DNA of 63,837 nt, the filler included, from Hyphochytrium catenoides (lineage: Eukaryota; Protista; Hyphochytriomycota), in assembly GCA_900088475.1 (NCBI GenBank). It is 7 parts of 7 records of this genome, joined end to end, with 100 filler letters (N's around TTAATTAATTAA, not from the genome) between each part and the next. Parts side by side here need not be neighbours in the genome. Positions count along the whole stretch, not along the records: positions 22,441 to 35,778 come from FLMG01000831.1; 6 more parts are not named here. One strand, written 5' to 3'. The notes beneath the pieces are model-generated. The model ran no database searches. It saw nothing but the letters and a program-made list of their open reading frames with translations, and had not been told where the DNA came from. How positions within the stretch are numbered: the first letter of the stretch is position 1; every line of letters begins with the position of its first letter. The position numbers and the translations under genes are program-made. This document shows, piece after piece, positions 23,019 through 34,627 of the stretch.

Positions 23019-25040
23019 ATGGTAGAGCCGCCTGGGTCAACTTGTCTGGCTAACGTTGACGACGCGCTTTACATATCGATTGATGTTGGAACGACCGGCC
23101 TACGCAAAGACCAAGATCGCATTTTCCATATCTTCGCGCTCCGTCTAGATTCCACTGGCAGGCCTCTGCCGGAAGGAGCTCCAGGGAGTACGTTTTGCTG
23201 CTGGGTAGATACGCAAGGTGTCCAGATAAGCAGCCATGCAGCCCAGGTCACTGGGACGTCTGCGGCCGCACTATATGAGAGGACAGACCTCTTGACACAG
23301 ACTGCAGCCGCCGAGGAGCTATGCAAGTGGCTCACTCTTCAGCATGAAGGTGCCTTTGAAGCGCATTATCAGGGACATCCCGTAGTTCGCCCTATCACTC
23401 TTGTCACGTACAACGGCTGGGCATTCGACTTGCCGATGCTACTGCAGATGTGTCGCAGAGAACAAGTGACGTGGCCTGCCTGTCCTCTTTTCCTCTTAGA
23501 TCTATTGATTATACAGAGACAAACAAAGCCCAAGGTCTGCCCCACTGCGTCCGACAATAAGCTGAGCACCGTGTACAAGGAGGTGACAGGCGAAGAGCTA
23601 ATGAACGGACATGAGGCCAAATCTGCCTGCCGAGCCGCAGCCAGGATCTTCTGCTCCGCAGCTTTCTTCCCTCTTCGTCACCAGCGGACCCTATCTCTTG
23701 ACCCCTTGCTAGGGCGGTACTATGCCTCACCATCAGCAGACAAGTTGGCACTTAAAAGACGACCAAGAAACACTAAAGATATCAGGTCTGCTAGTAGCGA
23801 TGGCGGTGGTCAGTCTCTTGGCGGTGAAGTGCAGACTAATCTAAGCGTCACTTCGGCCATTGAGGACTTAGAACATCTCAGCCTTGGACGACTATCCCTA
23901 GTGGGAGATAATGCTGCTTCAGAGCCCAGCCAAACACTATCATGTGCTTATCAACGGCCAAGTATCGGACTGTCGCCCAGTAAGGTGGGGAATGGCAAAG
24001 TGTCAGGAAAGGAAGCCAGAGGTCCCACGCTCTCGACCCCTAGTAGGTTGATCAGTAAGTCTCCTCCCAAGACGCCTTCGGCCGCGTCGGACGACGTAGT
24101 CCCAAACTTCCCGTTCTCCATCCTCAGTAGTGGGGAATCAGGAACGGATGAAACACTGCGATACCTTGTGATCGACCTTGAGACGACTGGCCTCCATCGC
24201 CAGCGAGATCGAATCTTTCAAATTGGCGCAGTCTGTCTGGACAACAGAGGACAGCCATTGCGTGATGATCACCCAGATAGGGAGTTTTGCCGCTGGGTGG
24301 ACACCGAGGGTGTTCCCGTGAACCCTCAAGCAGCTGAAGTAACAGGCATATCAACCGCAAGGCTGCTGGAAAGGGAGGACTTAGTGTCACAGTCAAGGGC
24401 AGCAGCAGACTTCAGACAATGGCTTATGTGCCACCACCACGACGGCTTCAATAGGAAAGACGACCAAAGGCATGCAGCACGCGGACGCCCTCTCGTTCTG
24501 GTCACTTACAATGGCCGATCTTTTGACCTTCCAATGCTGCTGCGAATGTTTAGCAGAGAGCAGGTTGTATGGCCGGATATCCCACTCTTTCATTTGGATT
24601 TGTTAGTTGTGCAGAGACACACGCCGGGTCTGGTATGTCCAAATGCCCCTAATAACAAGCTCGGGACAATCTACAAAGAGGTGACGGGACAGGATCTGCT
24701 CAACGGACATGACGCTATCGCTGACTGTCGCGCAACTGCAGTGATTTTCGGCTCAGAGCCTTTTTATCCTCTAAGGCATCGTTGGACGCTGTCTCTTGAC
24801 TCCTTAGTCGAGCAGCATTATCTTCTCCCTTCTACACGTCAAGCGAAGGGCACAAGTGAAGGAGGACAAGAAGCACCTAGGGAGAGTCGGGAAAGACACT
24901 TAGTACCAGCGTGCCCAGAGGCCCACATGTCCTCCTTAAGTTTTCTGGAAATGGAGAAGCAGGATAACCACCGTCATGTTCCTATCATCTATGAGGCTGA
25001 TGAGCTCAGTAATGCGATAGACGGGCTCTGTCTAGGCTAA
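23019..25040 (+). CDS. Tandem two-domain DEDDh 3'-5' exonuclease (DnaQ/TREX-like), intronless
   Basis: Domain 2 has IDLETTG..YNGRSFDLPML..GHDAIADC (complete DEDDh). Domain 1 is a clear paralogue IDVGTTG..YNGWAFDLPML..GHEAKSAC. A Ser/Pro-rich linker separates them. Confidence 0.88.
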   Translation: MVEPPGSTCLANVDDALYISIDVGTTGLRKDQDRIFHIFALRLDSTGRPLPEGAPGSTFCCWVDTQGVQISSHAAQVTGTSAAALYERTDLLTQTAAAEELCKWLTLQHEGAFEAHYQGHPVVRPITLVTYNGWAFDLPMLLQMCRREQVTWPACPLFLLDLLIIQRQTKPKVCPTASDNKLSTVYKEVTGEELMNGHEAKSACRAAARIFCSAAFFPLRHQRTLSLDPLLGRYYASPSADKLALKRRPRNTKDIRSASSDGGGQSLGGEVQTNLSVTSAIEDLEHLSLGRLSLVGDNAASEPSQTLSCAYQRPSIGLSPSKVGNGKVSGKEARGPTLSTPSRLISKSPPKTPSAASDDVVPNFPFSILSSGESGTDETLRYLVIDLETTGLHRQRDRIFQIGAVCLDNRGQPLRDDHPDREFCRWVDTEGVPVNPQAAEVTGISTARLLEREDLVSQSRAAADFRQWLMCHHHDGFNRKDDQRHAARGRPLVLVTYNGRSFDLPMLLRMFSREQVVWPDIPLFHLDLLVVQRHTPGLVCPNAPNNKLGTIYKEVTGQDLLNGHDAIADCRATAVIFGSEPFYPLRHRWTLSLDSLVEQHYLLPSTRQAKGTSEGGQEAPRESRERHLVPACPEAHMSSLSFLEMEKQDNHRHVPIIYEADELSNAIDGLCLG

Positions 25041-26253
25041 GATTGTATTTATGCCCTCAGCAGCCTTTCTTCCTTTGCGGGTGAGTTCCCTCATCTCTAG
25101 AAGCCAGGGCCTCCCATCGGAAGGAGAGTCAAGACGTTGAAGAGTTTTCTTCATGTGGTGCTCACTTGCGCACTTGCGCCGTTTGGTTCACGCTGTTGAT
25201 GTGTTGACTTTTTTGGCCTCGAGTAAAGACCATCTTATCGTCGAAAGACAGGGTTAATAGGTCAGAAGATGCTAGGAGCCAAGGAGCTCTGACTCTGCGG
25301 ATGAACGAGACATCGTAGGCATATTATATTTATATTCTCATTGACGATGGCCGACCGACTCGAAGCTATGCCGGATGGTGGTTGGAAGAGTTCAGTGCTG
25401 CAATACTGCTGACTGACTAGACTGAGGATGGGCATTAGCAGCTGCACCAGGATTAAGAATGGATAGGGAAGGGACTCCGAGACAAAGCACTGATGAACTA
25501 GTAGACGGGCCGCCTTATGTATGGCCCATCCAAAAAATGTAGCAAGAGCAGTGACACTATTGGGCTGTGAGTGCCTAAAGAGGACTCCAACTCATCATCA
25601 CGCTATCTTCTCTGAGCGAACGGTTAAAGAACCAACGCTCCCTGGTGAGGCTCCGGAAGCTCTCAGGCAGGGAACGACAACATCAGAAGTTCAGCTGACT
25701 ACTGCCGTCTCTGTCATCATCACTACTACCTCTTCCACCTCCATCACTTTCAAGATTGTCTTGCACACAAGAAGAGACGGCCAAGCCATAAGTGAGGTTG
25801 CAGTGAGTCATCTGGCATTGCCAGCAGGCAAGTTGCACCCGTACCCTCCTAGCACGGCAAACGTGGTGGATGACGAGGAAAAAAACCGTTCGACTGCTTA
25901 GCTGCCCGCTTGGTAGAAGGTTGCTGATGGACTGCATTTGCTCATATAAGTTTATATATTATCTACAGAGTAAGAGCTATGGTCCTGGCTCCAAGCCTGG
26001 CTATGCTTTCTTATCAACGGAGTATACAATCCTATCGCTAGCCGCTGCAGACAAGCACCGACGGTAACGGTTGCTGTAAGTCGTCAGCCATTTGTCCACC
26101 AGCGCCGTGGTCCAGGTGCATTTTCAATCATTAATATCATGACTCCACCACCGCGTCAGTCTGGGTCATCAGTAGTCTTCAAGCAGATCCGGCAGCAATG
26201 TTCTCCCAGCTGCCGGATGCTGATGCTATGAGCGAGGAATGCTGCGGTCCTCT

Positions 26254-26589
26254 CTAACACTCCCCGGGACGGATGTTGGCTGGTGCTGCAGTAGGGAAGG
26301 CGCACTCTACCTCGCACCTGTTGGAATATGTCCTGCCGTTGTAGCATACAGGATCCCAGGAAGTGCCACAGACGCACTGAGGAGGTTCAGCAGGTGGAGC
26401 AGTAGGACATGGTCCCCTCAGCTTACAAGGTAGATTCTTGAACAGCTTCGGCGGACCATTCGTGCCAGTTGCACTGCTAATAAGACTTTTAGCGAGTGCC
26501 ACAGAGGCGGCGACCTCGTTACCCGCTGCCATGGTAGTGTAACAGCAGTTGAGAAGAATGAGAATGGTAGAAAGACCGAAGAGCTTCAT
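26254..26589 (-). CDS. Secreted single-domain Kazal-type protease inhibitor
   Basis: Hydrophobic N-terminus MKLFGLSTILILLNCC and six-Cys Kazal pattern CVCGTSWDPVCYNGRTYSNRCEVEC..IRPGEC. Confidence 0.85.
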   Translation of the reverse strand: MKLFGLSTILILLNCCYTTMAAGNEVAASVALAKSLISSATGTNGPPKLFKNLPCKLRGPCPTAPPAEPPQCVCGTSWDPVCYNGRTYSNRCEVECAFPTAAPANIRPGEC

Positions 26590-27619
26590 GTCTCGTTGCG
26601 CTGTGGCGATTGTTGCTAGTCCTTAATCCTTGCGTGCGCGAAGTCGGTTCTTCGGTTGATGTCACTCAGTCTGGAAATTGTGGAATGGCCACTGAATCAT
26701 GTGAATCGTACTAGGTAGAAGCGTGCTCTGCTTTCTCATCATAACCTCTTTCGACTTCTTCGCAGAGAGACATGACTCCTCAGACATAACAGATGAGTGC
26801 TTCTTTGTTGTCTAGGAACAGCCTCGCATTCACATCACCTGCTGCCGGGGCTAAAGCTTTTGCTTGACGATACGGTCCCTTCGGTTTACCCTGCAAACCC
26901 ACTCATTGCTCTGGGTAGATGTTTTCAGGCAAGAGCCAGTCGTTCTCAGCTTGACAGGAGGTCAGTCGACTACAGTTACTGGTTGGAGCTTATACAAAGC
27001 CCTTTGCTTTACCCTGAGATCCAATCTTGGTGCCAAGCCAGTCCACTTCCACCAGGGCCCTCCAACCCAGCCCATTAATTCTGCAGGCCCGCCTCAACCC
27101 TCACCGAAGAGGAGTAGTCTGACTTGACCATGCCGATCCGAACCAACTAGTTTGACTCTAGGAAGCACAATCCCAGCACTACTACGCCTACTACCACTTT
27201 GACCAACCGACAAGGGCGATACACTATGACCTACATAAGAAGGAATGTAAGAAAGAAATGAAGGGAACTAGTGAGGAGCTTCAACGGTAGTAGTCGCCGT
27301 AACTCCTTGACAAGGAGACAAATCCTCATCATGTCTAAGAACTTCAGTGACGTAAGAAAAGAAAGGACTGGTGCTTTTCATCAACTGTGAGGCGAAAGCA
27401 GTGATGACGGGGGCTTTGTTTCTTCTTTTAGCAGTAGTTCTACCGTTAGTATCGACGATGTCTAACAAGCATGCATATTCTTGGACCTAGGAGTCTAGGA
27501 ATGGGAGAGGAACGACAAACAAGGATTGCCATGCGAGATAGGCGTTTTCGTTGTTGCCGGTAAGAAGGATCATTAGCCGTTCTTCTATTGAGCCGTGTCT
27601 CCGCGGATTGGACGGCTCG

Positions 27620-27870
27620 AGACAGAAAGTGCGTGACGTACGCATAAACGCAAAGCCCCATCTACTGACTTCTCCTAAGAAATAAGCGCTCTGGAGCTGC
27701 CCATCAAGACCACTCGTGACGTGAGAATATACTGTTCAATAACTAGGTGGCTTTAGGCCAATGATGCCCACTGGAACCACCTGCTTAGCTTCAGTGTCCT
27801 CTCTCGGTCCGTGGTGTGGGACAGCGTGTTGGCCCGTCTCTTCAATAATGTGATGCTGGTTGCTGGGAGA
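27620..27870 (-). pseudogene. Possible highly degenerate Ty3/gypsy RT remnant
   Basis: Frameshifted WAAPERLFLRR / KSVDGALRLCVRHAL resembles [24 protein letters not shown]. Confidence 0.3.
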
Positions 27871-29399
27871 GCACAAAGTCTCTGAAAGTGCGAAAGAGAG
27901 GGAGATTTTCCAACTATGCCAGGTAAGGTGGCAGAACTGTGCCAGGGAGAGAGTAGTGAGGAAGGACGGAAGGAAAAGGTCAGGACGGCTGTAGACGAGG
28001 AAGAGAGATCTTTCCTGATGGCATAGAAGTGACGTGCGACTCCAGCGTTCCGCTTGCAGCGCCATTTCTTGGGGGCACTAGGGAACCGTAATCTTGTGAA
28101 TGATAGAAGAGCCATTCCTTCTTGTTCTGATGTCCCACTATTTTAGTCGACCATTGCGTCCTGCACTGGGTCCATCGTCGAGAGAGAGTGGTCGTAGGCC
28201 CTCATCTTTTTCCCCTATGCTACTAGCTCAACACAGGTCCTATATCTCTTCTTCTGCTTCTTTGCTTTGTCCTGGTGGTGCACTCTCATCTTGTTCCCCT
28301 ATGCTGCTACTAGTTCTACATCTCTTCTGCTTCTTGTACGTGTTCGGATACTTCTCAGGCATACCGCTCTCAACCACCACCAAGTCCTGACTTGATATGC
28401 ATAAGGGCAGCAGCAGCGAATCTCATGGCAGCATGCGGAGGGAGGAGAGTCTACCCATGGTGCTGAGGACATACATAGTCTGCTGCAACGTGGCGATGGT
28501 CAATTCTACAGAGGCTTTGTACCATGACTGCTGTAGCTCCTACTCTTTTTTTCTAGCATCCTGCTGACCGATCCTGGTTTGCCTCTTCCCGTTACCCCGC
28601 TCGATAGCTTTAGGGTAAGCCCTGCCTGCGTCTTCACCAGTTGAATTAGGATACGGAGGTGAGAAAGAGCGTCATTCCTCTTATCTGTCAGCGAAAAGAA
28701 ACACGCGCGCCACTTCTCGTGCCATCTACAAAGCGTTTAGGAGCTGGAACGGGCGCGATGAATGGGCGGTGCTAGCGACACTATCCGGCTCGCTGGGAAG
28801 TAAAATTTGGCTCCTTTTCAGTGGCTGGCGGGCCTGGGAGTCATGACAGCGGATATTTTTGGTAGTAGGCTCTCAACAAGGTGCTCTTTCCTCATCATCT
28901 GAGCAGCTCATTCTCAGGGCGGCGACCTACCATAGTATGGTCGGGATTCTTATCGGCCGACAGCCAGTAGCCAAACTTCGTTTGCCGGCTCCGTCTCAAG
29001 GCTCTTAGCATTGTGCGAATAGTAGAACATACCTTTGGTCTATCGTCATCAATAAGAGTTACTATCCAGGTCAAATGATCCAGCTACTAGGGATGGCCGG
29101 TGAATATAATGAATATTAAGGTTGCTATGTGTCGTTTAGCTCGTGCAGACTCTAATCACGGTTCAGCTACCCATAAGGCTAGCTCCAGAGAGAGGTGTAT
29201 GTGGTATGAGGATAGATAATGTGCAGATGGAAAAAAGCTACCAGCAACAGCAAATAAAGATGGAATGGAAGTGATAGGCGCCGTACTTTTGCTTTGCATT
29301 GGGGATGCATGAAGGTGCTTCTTGATGAGCTCATTGAGCTAATTTGAAGCTTTGATGTTAGAACTATGAGTTATCGCTAGAGCCTCTTCTTATGGACCG

Positions 29400-29880
29400 C
29401 TATTATGTTGCTAGCGCAAACCATTCTTCCCGGCACTTCTTTTCGAGGAGCTATCCTTCCTCGTGTGTGGATCTGTATACTAAGTCACTGCTCTTTCTCA
29501 GAGGTCTATGTACACCGACGCCTTTTGAGTGGTTGGTTGGAAGGACTGTAGGAAGCATGGGATCTCCGTGGTGGCAGGATCAGTGCACCCTCCTCAAACC
29601 TACCCTTTGTTGGCTGCGCTATTATCGGTGGTATGTTCAAAGGGATAAACTCGTTGTTTTTCTTTGTGAACCAAGGTATGGATGGGCAAAGAATGCAGAG
29701 ATCATGATGATGATTATAGTAGAGAAAGAGGTACTACGGATGAAGAGCTTCTGAGATTGGGATGAAAATGTTGAAGATGCTGCAAGAAAGATTTTTGTGC
29801 GTCCTCTTTTATACCTGGATGGAAGCTAAGTAGTAGTGGCGATGTGGCTTTGCTTTTTTAACACAATCACAATGGCTTTG
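29400..29880 (+). pseudogene. Degenerate coding relic, homologous to 15850-16350 (-)
   Basis: See the partner copy; includes most of ORF 29392-29754. Confidence 0.4.
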
Positions 29881-30334
29881 GCTCCCTGTGTACAGCTCTT
29901 TCTTGACCCTATAGAACCCAAGCCACAGTGCTAAGAATCCCGCTTAAGAAGGACGCGCTTTAATGAAGGAAAGCGGCATAAAAATACAACGTGGTCCTAG
30001 GAGCCCCCTTCACGAAGAAAAGATCAAAGAAAAAAGGAGAAACAACAGGTGTTTGTCTGCGCAACTCTTCTAGTATCAGCAGGTCACTCAGCAGCATTAG
30101 GCGCAGCTTGAAACCTCACTCCGCTTTCTGCTGACAGGTAGGAAGACACGGCCGCCAGGGCGTGGTGGAGGGTTGTAAGAGGAGTCGATGAGGTTTATCA
30201 AACAACAAAGAGTCGGTGGTTGACGGGATCAATGAAAGGCTGTCGTCATGTACCATCATGAACCAGCTGTCGGTGGCATGAAGCCTGCTACGGACGGCCA
30301 CAGGGCGAGGCGCCTCTGGTCCCTCATGCCTTCA

Positions 30335-30337
<3 letters not shown>

Positions 30338-30368
<31 letters not shown>
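30338..30368 (+). repeat. (CAG)n microsatellite
   Basis: About 10 perfect CAG units. Confidence 0.9.
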
Positions 30369-30369
<1 letters not shown>

Positions 30370-31162
30370 CTGATGGCCTCGATCATCAGCATCATCAATC
30401 GGCCAAGTGGTCATGGCGCGGCGATGACAGTAAGGGCAACCGTCAAAGGTAAAAAGCAGATCTTGAAGCCGCGTTTCGTTCTAGTAACTGGACCGCTAGT
30501 CTGGTGGTAATCGCACATACAGGACTTTTAACTTTTAACAATTTGTTGCAGCTCTTGGTGTCGTCGTGCAATCTGTACAGTGTTGGCTGTATCTTTCAGA
30601 ATCTGTGTACTCGTGGAGGAGGTCTGGATGTATGATGGTCAAAAAGGTGATCTTCTTTCCTTCCTCTCTCTCAGTCTCTCTCTCTCTCTCTCCCTCTGTC
30701 TCTCCTCTCTCTGTCTCTCTGTCTCTCTGTCTCTCTCTGTCTCTCTGTCTCTCTCTGTGTGCTCTGTCTTTCTCACTCGCTCTGTGTGTCTCTCTGTCTT
30801 TTGCTCTCTCTCTCTCTCCCTCCTCTCTCTCTTTCCCTGTCTCTTCCTCTCTCCCCCTCTCTTTTCCTCTCTCTCCCTTCTCTTCCCTTCCCTTTCCCCC
30901 CCATTCATCCGTTCCCGCCTTATTTGAGCGCAAAGTTCGCCTGCATTCTTAGCATTGGAAGATTGGAAGAGCTATTGGAGCCCTTCCTCCGCCTGCCGCA
31001 GACCAGCAGCAACAGAAGGAGCAGCACCACTGCACCGCCCGCGATATCTTCCGCCCTTAGCTGGTTAACGACGTAGCCTGGACCAAGGCCATTGGCAAGC
31101 TTGCGTCCGGAGGCAAGCACGACCTGCACCTACCCCGACTGCCTCATACTTTGCCCGGTAGG

Positions 31163-34100
31163 ATGACGTACAAGCCCGAGGAATGGAAGAATCGGGGCAA
31201 TCAGCACTTCAAGCGCCGCGAGTTCGTAGAAGCTCTACGCTGCTACACGCATGCAATCCGACTGAGCCCTAGAAATGCCGTGTACTATTCGAACAGAGGC
31301 ATCTGCCTCTATGAGCAGGGCCAATACGAGGAGGCTATCATCGATACCATGAAAGCTTTGCAGCTTTCTCCAGAGAAGCCCAAGCCCGACCCGGCCTCCG
31401 CACCAGAGGAGCTCAATAGATGGCTAAGGAATATGGGGTTCAGGCACAAGAACCTTCTCCGACTGGGCAAGAGCGAATTCTATTCTGGACGGTACAATGA
31501 CGCGTTGGCGTCACTCAGACATGCTGAAAGCATGGACAAGGTAGCTAGATCAATCCCCACAAAGAAAGAGGAGGCCACCCCGTCGTCTCCTCATCCCTCT
31601 TTTACCTTGGATGACGAAGCCAAGCGGATCTTAGGCTCTGCCAAGGTATATGCAGGGTGGAAGAAGCCCTTGAGAGGGAAAGATGAAAAGGCAGATAGAG
31701 TGCCAGACCTCTGGAAGCTGCCACCCTTGCGACCTTCGCGGTTGACAGATACCTCAGAATATTACTTTGTGGGCCACGATGCGGCTGTCAGTGTGCTAGC
31801 AGGAGACCCTTATGATATGACGGATGAAGACTGTGATGAAGAAATGCAGAGCCTTCGGGCGGGCGTGAGACGGCTGTTGGGAGACGAAGAGGAATCTAGG
31901 ATTATACTTGCTGAGTTAAGTCGGGAAGAGCTTGGCTCTTTGGCCTTCTTCCATGGCGGTGTCGGGGACGCGCGGCACGTCCTCATCTCTCTCATCGATA
32001 TCCATCGTCAGGTGTGCGAGGCCTCTTTGTCTACGGACAAGAAGAGCCAGATTCTCCAAGAGCTTCGTGCCCATTTTGTTCTTAACGACGTTAAAGCACA
32101 CATTCTAGCCAAGGATACGCTTGTCCTCTATCTATTGGTCAAACTGTCCAAGTACTCATACCAGGAGATCCACACTGGAGGCGAGGGCCAACATCTTGCC
32201 ATCCTTCTGCTCTACTTAAGCTTTGGGATTTTGGTCCCACCTGCCATCCATCAGATGATCCTAGAGACCATCGATGAGCTCCTGCAGGATAAAGACAGTC
32301 CTCCAGAGTGCCTGTCTCCGTTTGCAGTTTACGATCTGAAGACCTGGAAGGCGCTCGTGGAGGCTTACAAAGAGTGGCGCTTCGAACCCTATGAGATCTC
32401 TCCAAAGAATGCGGTAGCTACTTACTTTATCAAAGGCGATCAGGCGACGCAGCTGATGCACGGTGATCTGTTCTGGGGAGAGAATGCCCATCCGAGGCTA
32501 AAGGAAGCGATGGATGAAAAGAAAGGGAGGTTGCTGGCTCATCTTGACCAACTCTCAGATGCCGAACTAGAGCTGTATCCAGGTCTTGAGGGGGCCACCT
32601 TGGAAGAGAAGCGTCGGATTCTGCGAGAGGTTATGGAGAAAAACTTTGAGGAGTCTCCACTTGCGGCCCCAGGCCTTGATGGCACATTGCACCGGTGCGG
32701 GGGTGAAGAGCAGTGGATAGTAACCTCGAAATGCATTCCGCTGCCGCCTGGAGTAGTCCTTCCGCAAAGAGGAGATGGCAATAGCGGAGGTGAAGAGCAG
32801 AAGGACGATGACGACGACGTGTTGAAGGCAGGTAGAGCGTACCTCAGCGGCATTCAACGCTGGAGTGACTATGTGGCAAGCCAACGAAAGGCCAGTCAAG
32901 GTGCTCCGAAGGCGGGAACTGCAGGCAAGAAGAAAAGGCCGAGAAAAGGCGCAGCTTCCGGGCCAGCAAAGGAGTCGTCATCAGGTGAAGAGAAGCACCA
33001 GACAGAGACGGGCGGCAGGATGGCAACTGGTGAAGGAGACAAGAAAAATCCTTTGGCTCGACCTACTGACCCCAAGAAGCTTATTAGTGAGGCCAAGAAA
33101 GCAGCAAAGGACGCGACTTCCAAGTGGCGTGTAAACCCTGTGGTTCTAGACAAGAAGTGGATGAGAAGACATGGCTTTAGAGCTGACTTCTGCCCATACG
33201 AGACGGCCTCCTCCCTCTATTCTATGTGGTGGATGAGATCACCTCCACGACCCTCTATCCGCGGGCTGTTCGATTGGATCGCTTACTTTTATAGCAAGGC
33301 CGCCACTGCTCTTCGAGTCTTAGGAATAGAGCACAACGCTATGTGCCTAGAGGTTCGTCTAGGCGATATGCATCAGGTCATGAGACAGATCTCAGTAGAT
33401 GAAGCTCGAGACCGGGCCTTTCTCTCCTTCCCTGTCGAGTTTGATCGGTGTTTCCTGAGCAACGTGCCCGACTACACTTCCCTCCTCTCTACCTTCGTGT
33501 ACATGGTCCCACACCTAAAGAAAGGCCCTACAAGCTTCATAAGCAGCAACGTCCTGGCCAATACCGGGCTCTGGATAAACCTGGAAGAATATGTTCACAG
33601 TGGCACTTTGCTGCCGTCTCTCGACCATTGTAGGCAGTTTCTAGGGGTGGAATTTCTCGCTGGTGACCTTTGGGATCACGACATACGGTGGGCACCTGTG
33701 CTGGAAGATGACGGCGTTGGCTCGGACGAGGAGGAAGACCATAAGCCTCTCTATTCTTCCTCACTGGCACGAGAAGAGCTCCAACTCTGGCTCCAACGCC
33801 TTCTGCTGCTGATCTCGTTTCCGACGTACAAGGATCCAACGCCGTGCCGGGAGTACTCTCCGATGAACCTGGCGCTGTTCTTCCAGCTGTTGGACTTCCT
33901 GGTACAGGAGCGAGACGTACCTAAGCATTGGCTGGCCAGTATCATTGCCAGCTTCATTGATGATGTGATGCACACTTCCGCCAAGCCTCCCATAGAGACT
34001 CCTATGCCGGTCACAACGCACGAAGACCAATGGGCAAACCGAACCACCAGCCGACGCCGTTATCCGATGTCCATTATGTTATTAGAGCTTCGAACGCTGA

Positions 34101-34627
34101 CTTCTCTCTGGATGTACGGCCAGGGCTGCGGTATCCCTAGTATCTCACCATCTAAGAATCTTCCGGAGCCCTCGACGATCAGAAGATTCCGCTTTAAACG
34201 CCTGCAGTACGCGTTCATGGTGGAGACAGGTCTCTCGCCGTTTTACAGGCTTAACACCCTTACTCTTGGGCTCTGCTTTGTCCGTTTCTCATGCGATGAA
34301 CAGAGACTTGACTTTGACCGCCGACTGAGAGCCATTCTTCTCAACGATGGGTCAGCAGACTCGAAGTTTCCGCGGCCGCCTTGTCATGTCTATACTGTCT
34401 TTGAGTGGAGCTCCGCGCCTTGTCTCTCTGTGTCTTTCCTCATGTCAGAGGAAGAGTTTCTACGTCTGCGACACGAGAAGTATGAGGCATTCCTCTTCCA
34501 GACGGACTGCTGGGAGCCTATCACAGAGAGCGAGGAGCTGGCTAACGCCGTGATGGACCCACTGGGACCTCTGCCTGAGACGGGAGTGAAGTATGCGGCA
34601 TCTACCAAGGTTGAGGTGGGGTCCTAG
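31163..34627 (+). CDS. TPR + DUF4470 (methyltransferase-fold-like) protein, intronless, ~1154 aa
   Basis: Co-chaperone-type TPRs (WKNRGNQHFK..YYSNRGICL..HKNLLRLGK). DUF4470-like FFHGGVGDARHVL..HFVLNDVKAHILAKDTLVL. Later FDRCFLSNVPDY. First ATG at 31163. Confidence 0.82.
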   Translation: MTYKPEEWKNRGNQHFKRREFVEALRCYTHAIRLSPRNAVYYSNRGICLYEQGQYEEAIIDTMKALQLSPEKPKPDPASAPEELNRWLRNMGFRHKNLLRLGKSEFYSGRYNDALASLRHAESMDKVARSIPTKKEEATPSSPHPSFTLDDEAKRILGSAKVYAGWKKPLRGKDEKADRVPDLWKLPPLRPSRLTDTSEYYFVGHDAAVSVLAGDPYDMTDEDCDEEMQSLRAGVRRLLGDEEESRIILAELSREELGSLAFFHGGVGDARHVLISLIDIHRQVCEASLSTDKKSQILQELRAHFVLNDVKAHILAKDTLVLYLLVKLSKYSYQEIHTGGEGQHLAILLLYLSFGILVPPAIHQMILETIDELLQDKDSPPECLSPFAVYDLKTWKALVEAYKEWRFEPYEISPKNAVATYFIKGDQATQLMHGDLFWGENAHPRLKEAMDEKKGRLLAHLDQLSDAELELYPGLEGATLEEKRRILREVMEKNFEESPLAAPGLDGTLHRCGGEEQWIVTSKCIPLPPGVVLPQRGDGNSGGEEQKDDDDDVLKAGRAYLSGIQRWSDYVASQRKASQGAPKAGTAGKKKRPRKGAASGPAKESSSGEEKHQTETGGRMATGEGDKKNPLARPTDPKKLISEAKKAAKDATSKWRVNPVVLDKKWMRRHGFRADFCPYETASSLYSMWWMRSPPRPSIRGLFDWIAYFYSKAATALRVLGIEHNAMCLEVRLGDMHQVMRQISVDEARDRAFLSFPVEFDRCFLSNVPDYTSLLSTFVYMVPHLKKGPTSFISSNVLANTGLWINLEEYVHSGTLLPSLDHCRQFLGVEFLAGDLWDHDIRWAPVLEDDGVGSDEEEDHKPLYSSSLAREELQLWLQRLLLLISFPTYKDPTPCREYSPMNLALFFQLLDFLVQERDVPKHWLASIIASFIDDVMHTSAKPPIETPMPVTTHEDQWANRTTSRRRYPMSIMLLELRTLTSLWMYGQGCGIPSISPSKNLPEPSTIRRFRFKRLQYAFMVETGLSPFYRLNTLTLGLCFVRFSCDEQRLDFDRRLRAILLNDGSADSKFPRPPCHVYTVFEWSSAPCLSVSFLMSEEEFLRLRHEKYEAFLFQTDCWEPITESEELANAVMDPLGPLPETGVKYAASTKVEVGS

